From assembly GCA_035524095.1 (NCBI GenBank), contig DATKPK010000264.1:10546-74545 (forward strand): a stretch of DNA of 64,000 bases, read 5' to 3'. Below, in pieces: positions 10,508-19,498 of this stretch. Within the stretch, counting starts at the first letter, position 1. Every line of letters starts with the position of its first letter. The DNA comes from Candidatus Binataceae bacterium (GTDB lineage Bacteria > Desulfobacterota > Binatia > Binatales > Binataceae). The position numbers and the translations under genes were made by a program. The notes under the pieces were generated by a model. The model saw only the letters and a list, made by a program, of their open reading frames with translations, ran no database searches and was not told the origin of the DNA.

Positions 10508-11620
10508 TTAGCAGTTCAAGAATCGCGCGCAGGCCTCGCGAACCATTCGATATGGAATGGCCTCCATGCATCGGCGGGGTTTGTGGCGATATTCGAAACC
10601 GAGATCCAGAAAGCCGCAACCCCGGCACGGTGACTCTATGGCGAGCGCTCGCGGACCAATTGGACCCCAGCGGCGTACCGAGGTCGGCCCGTGCAAGGCA
10701 ACGACAGGCGCACCAAGCGCGGCAGCGAGATGCATGATACCGGTATTGACTGAGACGACTAGACTTGCGTGCTCGAGCAATGAAGCAGTTGCATCGAGAG
10801 GTAAGCCGGCCGCGTTCTTAAAGCGTGAGCGAAGCGGCGACTTTATCATTGCGAGGAGGGTTTCGTTGGCACTGAATTGGCCAGGAGCTCCGGTCAAGAT
10901 GATCCGATCGCATTCCGTGATGAGCTCGCTTGCGAGTCGGGCCCAGCGTTCGAGCGGCCATTCCTTGAGTTCAGCCCGCATCCCGCCTGGCCACAAGTGG
11001 AAGACGATCAATTTTTCGGTTTGTCGCGGAGCAGATTCAGACCGACAGTTGACTAAAGGCAGGTGCCAGGCTTCGAGCCCAATTGCGCGCACAAGATTTC
11101 GATGATTGTCTAATTCGTGTACGTCACTACGATGTTCTACGCCAGCGTCGTAAGCGTAGTGGCGATGTTGTTTCGCCGTGCGAAAGCCGACCGTGAAATT
11201 GGCGCCGGCAAGTGCACACAGCACCGCGTTGATCCTCGGCCAGGGACCAAAATCCAAAAGTAGATCTAAACGGTATCTGCGTAACTGTTGGATGGACGCG
11301 GCGAGATTGCCTAGCGAAAGAGTGATTTTGCCGTCGAGACCTGTTAGTAGCCCGGTTGCCTCGGCATTTCCTTTGGCTGAGAAAGCGATCAGCTGAGCCT
11401 CTGGATAAGCTGATCGCAGATCAGCGATCGCAGCACCCATCAAGATCGTGTCACCAATCGCCGCGGTGTTGAGTACACCGATAGTCCGGACTGCTGAAGG
11501 CACTGATCGGCGACGCCGTCCGGCACCCAGGGCCAGCAAAAGCGGAATCCCCGCATACCGGTCCAGCGCATGCAGATGACGGTTGCCGCGTCCGGAAATA
11601 TTTCGGGTCAGCCCGCGCAA
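10508..11620 (-). CDS. Glycosyltransferase family 9 (heptosyltransferase-like), second copy
   Basis: GVLNTAAIGDTILMGAAIADL.. and ..VVSVNTGIMHLAAALGAPVVALHGPTS.. GT9 motifs. Confidence 0.8.
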   Translation of the reverse strand: MRGLTRNISGRGNRHLHALDRYAGIPLLLALGAGRRRRSVPSAVRTIGVLNTAAIGDTILMGAAIADLRSAYPEAQLIAFSAKGNAEATGLLTGLDGKITLSLGNLAASIQQLRRYRLDLLLDFGPWPRINAVLCALAGANFTVGFRTAKQHRHYAYDAGVEHRSDVHELDNHRNLVRAIGLEAWHLPLVNCRSESAPRQTEKLIVFHLWPGGMRAELKEWPLERWARLASELITECDRIILTGAPGQFSANETLLAMIKSPLRSRFKNAAGLPLDATASLLEHASLVVSVNTGIMHLAAALGAPVVALHGPTSVRRWGPIGPRALAIESPCRGCGFLDLGFEYRHKPRRCMEAIPYRMVREACARFLNC

Positions 11621-11669
11621 CGAGTCAACGCGAAAATCTAATTCTCAAAATGTTATCGAGTGTCCGCTG

Positions 11670-12707
11670 TTAGAGAGTGAGCGCCGCTGTTACAGAGCGG
11701 ATATCGTGCTTGTGCAAATAAAACTGGATTGGCGACCTAATTGCCCGGACTAACGAATGAAGCGAACGGTAGGCGCCTCGCAAGGTCTCACCCAACACTG
11801 AGTCAGCGGTCATCAGCGTTAATAGCAGAGGTGCCCTCGACAACGCGAAAGATTCCTTCAAGCAGGCGGCGGCAGCGAGCGCCTGGGTGTTCTGCGATGC
11901 AGCGGCGGCATCGATCGCATTTTTGAGAATCTTACGGCCTATCCAGGCGCGGGCACTTGCAAACGCTTCGCGTGCTTCGCTGTCTATCCACGGCGCGAAC
12001 TCGTATCGGTCGAGAATACGCAGCCAATGACTCGCATGGATGGCAGGGGAATACAGTTGTTTGCTGAGATGATCATGCCCGAGCGTCAAGATAGCGTAAG
12101 GCACAGGACAAACTATCATGCCGCAGTTCACGGCATAGCGGCAGATGAAGTCGAGGTCGATGCCGTGCTCAAAGCTAACATCGATGCTGCCAACGCGGCT
12201 AAGCGCGGACTGACGAAACAAAATCGCATTCCAATCAGGAAAATCGCGGCGGAGAATCTCCATGAAGCCCAGCGGCGCAGGGTAGAAGCGTTCAGGCCAG
12301 CGAACGACTGGTGTTGCGATGAAACTCTGGCCAAAGCGCACTGTTGCTCCCGCGAAAAGGCCTGCCGCTGGGTGCGATTCAAGAGCATGTGTCGCGGTTT
12401 CGAAAAACCCCGGCAAAAGTGCATCATCATCACTTAGAAGATTAAAATAAGGGGTGCTTACTCTGTCGATTCCGTATTTGAAGTTGTTCCAGGCTCCAAT
12501 GTTACTCGAATGGCAATAGTAGCCAACCCGAGAGTCTTCCCGAGCAAACTCCGCGACCACCGCGGAGGTGTCATCGCCTGAACCATTGTCGTAGACGCAA
12601 ATTTGAAAAGCGTCATAATTCTGCGCCAGAACCGAACGTATTGCTCGTTTTAGCAGGCGTGGGCGTCTGAAGGTTGGAATAATTGTGGTGATTTCGGGCG
12701 CCATCAC
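11670..12707 (-). CDS. Glycosyltransferase family 2
   Basis: N-terminal GT-A motif ITTIIPTFRRPRLLKRAIRSVLAQNY..ICVYDNGSGDDT. Confidence 0.85.
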   Translation of the reverse strand: MMAPEITTIIPTFRRPRLLKRAIRSVLAQNYDAFQICVYDNGSGDDTSAVVAEFAREDSRVGYYCHSSNIGAWNNFKYGIDRVSTPYFNLLSDDDALLPGFFETATHALESHPAAGLFAGATVRFGQSFIATPVVRWPERFYPAPLGFMEILRRDFPDWNAILFRQSALSRVGSIDVSFEHGIDLDFICRYAVNCGMIVCPVPYAILTLGHDHLSKQLYSPAIHASHWLRILDRYEFAPWIDSEAREAFASARAWIGRKILKNAIDAAAASQNTQALAAAACLKESFALSRAPLLLTLMTADSVLGETLRGAYRSLHSLVRAIRSPIQFYLHKHDIRSVTAALTL

Positions 12708-12735
12708 GATGTCAAGGCGATGCTGCCGGAGTTGG

Positions 12736-13461
12736 CTAGCTTACCGCACGACCATTAGCCGCAATCCTTGAATGAGAATTCGAGCCTTCCGAATGACATT
12801 GCTGGATGAAGCGCATCGCGTCGTGGAACATCCGCCAATTCTCCATTAGCCAATTCTCGTCGCGGTCCCACCACTTGAATTCCAGTAACTGCTCTACTGT
12901 CTCGGGTGGAAAGCGGTAACGTACTATTCGCGCCGGTACCCCAGCGACGATTGCATAGGGCGGTACATCCTTGGTCACAATCGCACCGGAGGCTATAATC
13001 GCCCCGTCGCCGACTGTGATCCCGTCGCGAATCGCCGCACGCAGCCCGATCCAGACATCGTTGCCAATCGCGGTATCAGCGTATTCTTCTCTACAATCGC
13101 GGTCGGCTAAGTTCCAGTGCTGGTCCGGCTTACGAAGATAAAAGATTGGATGGGTCGAAACAAAAGGCTCCAGCGGATGGCTCCCTAGGCCGATGTAAAC
13201 TTCAGAAGCGATCGAACAAAATTTGCCAATCGCAGCGGCGCTGACGTTGCAACTACGCCCGAGATAAGAATAGTCGCCTATCTGTGCCTTGCGCAGACAT
13301 ACACCAGGTCCGAGCATCACAGCTTTACCAAGTGTCGTATCGTCAGAGATAGAGCATCGCCGAGAAAGGGTACAATGAACACCACGAACGACATTGCGAT
13401 GGCGCAAAGATCGGATCAGAAGCCCAACGTATGCGCGCGTGTTGTTAAACAAAGATTCCAT
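12736..13461 (-). CDS. Hexapeptide-repeat (LbH) acetyltransferase, probable sugar O-acetyltransferase
   Basis: Left-handed beta-helix repeats (IGNDVWIGLRAAIRDGITVGDGAIIASGAIVTKDVPPYAIVAGVPARIV), XAT/CysE/LacA-like. Confidence 0.8.
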   Translation of the reverse strand: MESLFNNTRAYVGLLIRSLRHRNVVRGVHCTLSRRCSISDDTTLGKAVMLGPGVCLRKAQIGDYSYLGRSCNVSAAAIGKFCSIASEVYIGLGSHPLEPFVSTHPIFYLRKPDQHWNLADRDCREEYADTAIGNDVWIGLRAAIRDGITVGDGAIIASGAIVTKDVPPYAIVAGVPARIVRYRFPPETVEQLLEFKWWDRDENWLMENWRMFHDAMRFIQQCHSEGSNSHSRIAANGRAVS

Positions 13462-13504
13462 TAGTGGTAAACCAAAGACAGTAGCCGGATGAGCCGACTC
13501 TTGA

Positions 13505-15037
13505 TCACAACGAAAATGCGTGACGTGTGGAGGCCGCCAATTCTCGAATTTGCTTTCGTATCAAAGGGATCGACAGTGAGGCAGCGCCGAAAGCGAGCAC
13601 TCCATTCAAAAGAGCCAGCGATAGAATTCCCATTCGCGTGGTAACCGTGAAACTAAATCTAGCGACAAGGCAGCTCACGACGACGCAGGCGAACAGCGGA
13701 ATAGCTAAATCATGGAGATACCAGCGTAGGCATTCTCGGCTAAGAAAGCGACGATGCATCAGTTGGACCTGAGTCACTAGGTAACTCACGTTGATCAGAA
13801 GCCAAACGGCGGCGGCGCCTGAACTTCCAAAGCGCGCCGTCAATAGCAACAATAGGGGCACGGTAACGAAAGCCGATGCTAAATTCGTCCAGAAGGCGAT
13901 GGCTGTACAGCCATACGCGAGTTGCAAGGCGTACGGTATACTGACAATACAATTAAAGGCCGTGCCAGCCGTCAAAAGCGAAGCTGCCAGCCAAGTATGC
14001 GCTGCAGTTTGCTGGCTCCCGGTCCATGCGAAGACGAGCTGCCTGGCCAGAAAAATAAAAGTCGTCGCAGCAGGTAAAACTAGGATCGAAATAACTTGCG
14101 CAGCATGGTGATAAATCTCCGTCAGCCTGGGCGTGTCCTGGGCCGTGACGTGACGAGCGAAGGCAGGAAAGAGAGCGGTGAAGACCGGTGTGGAAACGAG
14201 ATAGAGACTCCCCGCGATTTGCCAAGCCAGACTGTAGTATCCGAACGCCTCCAATGAGAGTTGCTTGCTGATGACGATCTTATCTAGTTCCGTCAGTACC
14301 ATTGAGACTATGGTCACCGCAGTGACACCGCCGGCAAAGCGGCGGATGCTGCGGATAAGGCTGAGCCGAGGGATTGGCTTAGACCCCGCGGGCAAACAAT
14401 GCCACAGCAAAACTGCAAGAATGACAGTTTGTATGCTGTTGATTATTAGTTGCCAGGCGAAAAAAGCCCACGTCGTAGGGGACGCCAAAAGGATCACGAC
14501 AGCGGCGCCTAAGTTCCGGGTCGCGGTAAAAAATAGCGATATCCACGAGAGCAATACCTGGCGTTCGAGGCCACTGAGGCCTCCTCCGTAAAAGCTCATC
14601 GGCCATCGAGAGAAAATCAAAAAGCCAATCAAGACTACAACCGAGCGCAAACTGCTCTCCGCAACCGTATTACTGTGAAGCCAGCTCCTAGCAAGAACGG
14701 GTGCGGCTAGCACAATCACTCCGGCCAATATTGCTCCGATGCTCCAATAGCCGAGCTCTAATGTACGGACTAGATCGCGAATATGATCGGCGTTTCCGGC
14801 TTTGCGCGACGAAGCTGCCATTTCGCGAGTTATAGTTGAACTGAGACCAAAGTCTAGAAGATTGGCGAAGGTCTCCAGCAACGCCCAGACACCGATTAGA
14901 CCATAGCCGCTCACGCCGAGAACCCGCAGAAAGATCGGTACACAAGCAAGATTAACTAGGCCTGATAGAATTCTCGATATAAGGTTGGCGGAAAGATTCC
15001 GCCGGACTGAAGTAATTCCGAAAGTTGAAAACCGCAT
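13505..15037 (-). CDS. wzx: Oligosaccharide flippase (Wzx; MOP superfamily polysaccharide biosynthesis protein)
   Basis: 510 aa with about 12-14 TM helices. The N-terminus is typical of Wzx/RfbX flippases (LISRILSGLVNLACVPIFLRVLGVSGYGLIGVW..). Confidence 0.75.
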   Translation of the reverse strand: MRFSTFGITSVRRNLSANLISRILSGLVNLACVPIFLRVLGVSGYGLIGVWALLETFANLLDFGLSSTITREMAASSRKAGNADHIRDLVRTLELGYWSIGAILAGVIVLAAPVLARSWLHSNTVAESSLRSVVVLIGFLIFSRWPMSFYGGGLSGLERQVLLSWISLFFTATRNLGAAVVILLASPTTWAFFAWQLIINSIQTVILAVLLWHCLPAGSKPIPRLSLIRSIRRFAGGVTAVTIVSMVLTELDKIVISKQLSLEAFGYYSLAWQIAGSLYLVSTPVFTALFPAFARHVTAQDTPRLTEIYHHAAQVISILVLPAATTFIFLARQLVFAWTGSQQTAAHTWLAASLLTAGTAFNCIVSIPYALQLAYGCTAIAFWTNLASAFVTVPLLLLLTARFGSSGAAAVWLLINVSYLVTQVQLMHRRFLSRECLRWYLHDLAIPLFACVVVSCLVARFSFTVTTRMGILSLALLNGVLAFGAASLSIPLIRKQIRELAASTRHAFSL

Positions 15038-15116
15038 AGCGATCAGACCAGGGACGTGAGCATCAGTCGGCGACGCTTCGTGAAACGTGCGAACATGGTG
15101 GTTCTGGCCGGCGATA

Positions 15117-15911
15117 CTATTGCTTCAGCCAGAAGGCCCATGGCGCGCTGCCCGTCGCCCAAAGGTCGTTTAGTAGCTTCATTTCGCGATAGGTATCCAT
15201 GCACTGCCAAAAGCCTTGATGCTGATAGACAGCCAATTCGTTGCGCTCGGTCAGACGCATCAAAAGATCGGCCTCGAGATTATCGTCGTCTCCATCGATT
15301 AGTTCGAGCGCTCCAGGTTCGAAAATAAAGAAGCCGCCATTGATCCAACCGTCGGCAACCTGCGGCTTTTCGCGAAACAGTTTGACCAAGCCATTCTCGA
15401 TTGAGAGCTCGCCGAAACGCGACGATGGATGAACTCCGGTTACGGTTGCCAATTTATTTTGAAGGCTATGAAAGGCCAAAAGCTGGTCTAGATTAATATC
15501 AGCGACGCCGTCGCCGTACGTCACCATAAATGGTTGGTTATCGAGGTACTTCGCGATGCGCCGGATTCGCCCTCCAGTGTTAGTCAGTTCACCGGTTTCG
15601 GCCAAGGTCACGCGCCAACCGCATTCCTCATGTCTATTGAGTATCTCGAGGCGCCGCTGGCCTAGAGTCACGGTGAAATCGCTATTGTTCATTTCATAAT
15701 TAAAAAAGTAATCGCGGATCGTGTCTCCTTTGTAACCGAGGCAAACGACAAAATCGGTGTGACCATGAGCTGCGAAAATCTTCATTATGTGCCAGATTAT
15801 TGGCCGGCCACCGATGTCAACCATCGGTTTTGGTCGATAATCAGTCTCTTCTCGCAATCTGGTGCCCAGTCCTCCGGCCAGTATTACTACTTTCACCAGT
15901 ATTACTTCCAC
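15117..15911 (-). CDS. rfbF: Glucose-1-phosphate cytidylyltransferase
   Basis: GTG start. VVILAGGLGTRLREETDYRPKPMVDIGGRPIIWHIMKIF..GYKGD..FGELS.. gives a near full-length match to the RfbF/DdhA family. Confidence 0.9.
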   Translation of the reverse strand: MEVILVKVVILAGGLGTRLREETDYRPKPMVDIGGRPIIWHIMKIFAAHGHTDFVVCLGYKGDTIRDYFFNYEMNNSDFTVTLGQRRLEILNRHEECGWRVTLAETGELTNTGGRIRRIAKYLDNQPFMVTYGDGVADINLDQLLAFHSLQNKLATVTGVHPSSRFGELSIENGLVKLFREKPQVADGWINGGFFIFEPGALELIDGDDDNLEADLLMRLTERNELAVYQHQGFWQCMDTYREMKLLNDLWATGSAPWAFWLKQ

Positions 15912-15976
15912 CGCTTGTGATTGGATGTGACGCTTTTGCCTAAGAACGATAAGAACTTAGTTCGAATAAAAAGCTA

Positions 15977-18298
15977 TTACGAGTAGGTCTTTGGGTTTCG
16001 TTCAGTATAGTAGTTAGAATAACGATAGTAGCGTTTGTGGCTCCTATGCTGCGGACGGTTGAAGTCGACCCGATTGAAGACGAAACCGAGTACGCGCGCA
16101 CCGGCATGAATTAGGCGCCCATACGATTCAACGACAGCTTGGCGAGGAGTATCTTGCCCAATTACAAGAACGACGCCATCGACCATCGTGGATAGCGCGG
16201 TAGTGTCACTAGCACTCATTACTGGGGCCGAATCGACTAGGACGCAATCATGCTGGCGGCTCAGATCCTCTAGTAGAGCGCGCATGTGAGACGACACCAG
16301 CAATGCCGAAGGATTCGGTGTGGATGAACCGGCAGAAAGCAAGGAGAGATTGGTGACCGGAGAAATGACTCCTTCACCTAGCGTGATCTGACCCGCGAGC
16401 ACATCAGTAAGGCCGGCCGTCGAACGGATGGAAAAGAGCTGATGACATCGGGGACGGCGTAGGTCGGCGTCGACGAGAACCGTGCGTGCACCCATCTGTG
16501 CTGAAATCAATGCTGTGTTGGAAACGGTCAGAGTTTTGCCCTCTTGAGGGATCGAGCTGGTGAAGAGTATCGACCGAGGAGAGCCGCCAGCGCGAGAAAA
16601 AAGTAAAGCCACTCTGATCATCCGGTAGGGCTCAGTATAGTTAGCAGAATCAACCGTGTTTAAAGTGATCAATTCCTGAGGCCCGCTGTCATCTGGTTTT
16701 CGGCGCGAGTGCCTCTTGGATGGCCTCCCGGGTTTCAACCTTGAGTAGTCAGGCGCGACCGCAAGGCGAGGCAGATGCAGGACCCGGTCGATTTCTTCAA
16801 CGTCTTTGAAACGGTGGTCGCTGTTCTCAAGAAAAAAGGCGAACCCGATTCCAGTGAGGGATGCGATCAACCCAGTGATTGATATAGTCTTGAAGACCTT
16901 AGGATCAGATGGAGCGCGAGGCGCGATCGCGGGCGTAACGACAGTCTCATTAGATACGGGAGCCTGCTCAGCCACGCCCATCTCCTGCATGCGCTTAAGA
17001 ACGTCCTCGTATAGCTTGCGATTGGTTTCTGCCTCGCGCTCGAGCACAGCATCCTGGAGCGCCGCGTCATTTTGCTCTAGGTCGCGTTCCTTTTCCTCGT
17101 CAACGGCTTGGCGCAACGCGTGTTCACGGCTAAGAGATTCCTGATATTCGCGGTCGATGCCTTTCGTGACATTAGCGATTTCTCCGTTGAGCCGTGCTCG
17201 CGATTCGTTTAGCTGGGCTTTGAGTTTCGCCATATCCGGCCACTGATCAGTAAAGTGGCTAGCCATCGCCGCATATTGGGCTGCCAGCTCATCGGTTTGC
17301 GGCTTTAGGGCCTCAATCATTGGGTTGCTGATCACTGGAGGCAAGGAATCATAGTCACCGCCGTGAATGAGTTGCATTTCGGCTTCGAGCCTGATGCGGT
17401 TGGTTTCCGCGTCCGTCAACGCAGTGGAGAGCGCCGCCATGCGGGTTTCGGCGATCTGCTCTTTGTCGTCACTTGTGAAGTATATGATGCCTTTGGCGTG
17501 ACGATAGCTGTTCAGCGCGGCTTCAGAGGCTTCTACTTGTTGCTTGATCTCTACGAGTTGATTGCGGAGAAATAGCTGCGCACGTGCGCTAGCCTGATGA
17601 CGTAGGTCCAGGCCCCAGTCGATATAGCAGTGGGTGTGTGCGTTAGCGATTCGAGCGGCTAGCGTTGGGTCGGTAGTAGTAAACGAGACGGTTACCAATT
17701 GTGTCCCCAGGACCGGTGTAACGGAAAGCATCTTAAGGTAGTGCGTTATAGCGTCAGAACTGGCGCCGAGGTCGGCAGTATCCGGAAGAGAAGCTGCAAA
17801 GTTGGGGTGAAAGATGCTTAGTAATCGTCCTGGCCATTGACGAACAAGCTGCACAAGCTCAAAGTTTCCTTTTGGTCCAAGCAAAGGGATGCGATCAAGA
17901 GCCAGACTGCGGATGACTTTAGCTGCGAGTGCTGGACTCTGCAGCAGATTCTCTTGGGTCTTGTAAAAATCGTGCTCATCGCTGTTTGGCGTCGTCGCGA
18001 CCAACTGTGTGACGTCGAGTATCTGTGGAATTGAGGGTTGAATCAGTAACGTCGCTGTCGCCGTATAGCGCGGCGTCTGCACTAGAATAACTATTAGGGC
18101 TACGATCAAAGCGCCGGCGACAGTACCGAGCAATAGTACGAGCCGCTTGCGGAGGGTCAGCCAGCATTCCCAAAGACCCAGGCCATGCTGCTCGTTGAAT
18201 TCCTGTCGATAAAGTTCTGCGTGTGGCCGGTCTTGCGAAGACGGGGGAATGATCGGAGCGACTGGCAAACCATCTGGCTCGGACATTGGGAGGTTCAC
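15977..18298 (-). CDS. wzc: Polysaccharide co-polymerase/tyrosine autokinase (Wzc-type BY-kinase, PCP-2a)
   Basis: 773 aa. N-terminal TM and Wzz-like periplasmic domain with coiled coil. C-terminal P-loop (IPQEGKT), Walker A' (VLVDADLRRP), Walker B (DCVLVDSAPV) and a Tyr-rich tail (KRYYRYSNYYTE..TYS). Confidence 0.9.
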   Translation of the reverse strand: MNLPMSEPDGLPVAPIIPPSSQDRPHAELYRQEFNEQHGLGLWECWLTLRKRLVLLLGTVAGALIVALIVILVQTPRYTATATLLIQPSIPQILDVTQLVATTPNSDEHDFYKTQENLLQSPALAAKVIRSLALDRIPLLGPKGNFELVQLVRQWPGRLLSIFHPNFAASLPDTADLGASSDAITHYLKMLSVTPVLGTQLVTVSFTTTDPTLAARIANAHTHCYIDWGLDLRHQASARAQLFLRNQLVEIKQQVEASEAALNSYRHAKGIIYFTSDDKEQIAETRMAALSTALTDAETNRIRLEAEMQLIHGGDYDSLPPVISNPMIEALKPQTDELAAQYAAMASHFTDQWPDMAKLKAQLNESRARLNGEIANVTKGIDREYQESLSREHALRQAVDEEKERDLEQNDAALQDAVLEREAETNRKLYEDVLKRMQEMGVAEQAPVSNETVVTPAIAPRAPSDPKVFKTISITGLIASLTGIGFAFFLENSDHRFKDVEEIDRVLHLPRLAVAPDYSRLKPGRPSKRHSRRKPDDSGPQELITLNTVDSANYTEPYRMIRVALLFSRAGGSPRSILFTSSIPQEGKTLTVSNTALISAQMGARTVLVDADLRRPRCHQLFSIRSTAGLTDVLAGQITLGEGVISPVTNLSLLSAGSSTPNPSALLVSSHMRALLEDLSRQHDCVLVDSAPVMSASDTTALSTMVDGVVLVIGQDTPRQAVVESYGRLIHAGARVLGFVFNRVDFNRPQHRSHKRYYRYSNYYTERNPKTYS

Positions 18299-18334
18299 TT
18301 GTTGTAGAAGCAGACGCCGTGGAGTGGCTCGCCC

Positions 18335-19498
18335 TTATGGGATCGGTATCGCGAGCCCCGGCGAAAAGCGGCCCAGGATGGAGTAGACTGCATAAGGAAC
18401 CGCGCCGACAACCGAGCGATCGACTATTACAACATCGCCAGCTTCAAGCGGTATGTCGGGCGACGCTCCTGACCGGATCGCTGATAGATTAACTGACAGC
18501 TTGGCTCTTTGGTTTCCCGAGCCTGAACGGAGAATCCTGGCGTTCGAGCTGAAAAGTGCCCCTCCTGCAGCCGCGATCGCACCTAATACGGTCATTCCGG
18601 GGGTGAGATTTACTGCGCCTGGGGTGTTGACCCATCCTTCAACCGTAACGTTCCCAGCGACGGGCACGATTACGGTATCCCCAGGCCGCGCAGGCAGCTC
18701 GAGGCAGCGGCGCTCGTTATCATCATGCATGTTCATAACGATCGGCGAGGGTACCCCATCGGTATGCGACGCCGGCGCAAGTAATTCACCATCAGATGAA
18801 TCACTGTGAATGGGCGTGTCGCCCTTTACACTGCGCCCGGAGGTCTCGGGAGACGCCTTAATGGAATAGGTACTCGAAGCGGAGAGACCGCCTATACGCA
18901 GGCCGGGCCGCCATGCCGACCCTGGAATGAACAAGACACGCTGAGACGCATCATCGCGTAGGCCTCCCGCTTCCGCAATCGTGTCCATAATCGTTTCGTT
19001 CTGGCTCGAAAGAACAATCAAACCGGGTTTATTCACCAGGCCCATTACGCGGACGGTGCGGCTCTTATCTTCTTCGTTGAAAACGCTCACTTCGGGATTA
19101 CGAATGTACTTGCTGAGCCGCCGTTCGAGTTCGCGCTCAAGATCATCGTCGGTCATATGCGTCACGGAAACAGTTCCGGCAAAAGGAAAGGCAATCGTGC
19201 TATCGCCGCTCACGCGCACCTCAAGTTTCTCCAACTGATCGACACCCACGACGGTGATGCGGAGCAAGTCACCTGGACCAATCGGGTAGTCGGTTTGACT
19301 GATCTGAGAGCTGCGGCTGTTCCAGAGTTGTCGAAATTCGGACGAAGTCCGGCAGTCTGATATGGAGCTCGCTACATCGGCAGCCGGTGGCAGATAGGAT
19401 GACTCATCTCTCAATGCAGATTGGCCGTTGGCAGTACGGCAAATCAACGACTCAACAGCAGCGAATAGTAGAAACAAAGGCAGAATAAGCCTAGCCAT
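18335..19498 (-). CDS. wza: Polysaccharide export protein (Wza/OPX family)
   Basis: Signal peptide (MARLILPLFLLFAAVESL). PES motif region (IGPGDLLRITVVG..) and SLBB repeats typical of OPX exporters. First gene of the operon. Confidence 0.85.
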   Translation of the reverse strand: MARLILPLFLLFAAVESLICRTANGQSALRDESSYLPPAADVASSISDCRTSSEFRQLWNSRSSQISQTDYPIGPGDLLRITVVGVDQLEKLEVRVSGDSTIAFPFAGTVSVTHMTDDDLERELERRLSKYIRNPEVSVFNEEDKSRTVRVMGLVNKPGLIVLSSQNETIMDTIAEAGGLRDDASQRVLFIPGSAWRPGLRIGGLSASSTYSIKASPETSGRSVKGDTPIHSDSSDGELLAPASHTDGVPSPIVMNMHDDNERRCLELPARPGDTVIVPVAGNVTVEGWVNTPGAVNLTPGMTVLGAIAAAGGALFSSNARILRSGSGNQRAKLSVNLSAIRSGASPDIPLEAGDVVIVDRSVVGAVPYAVYSILGRFSPGLAIPIP

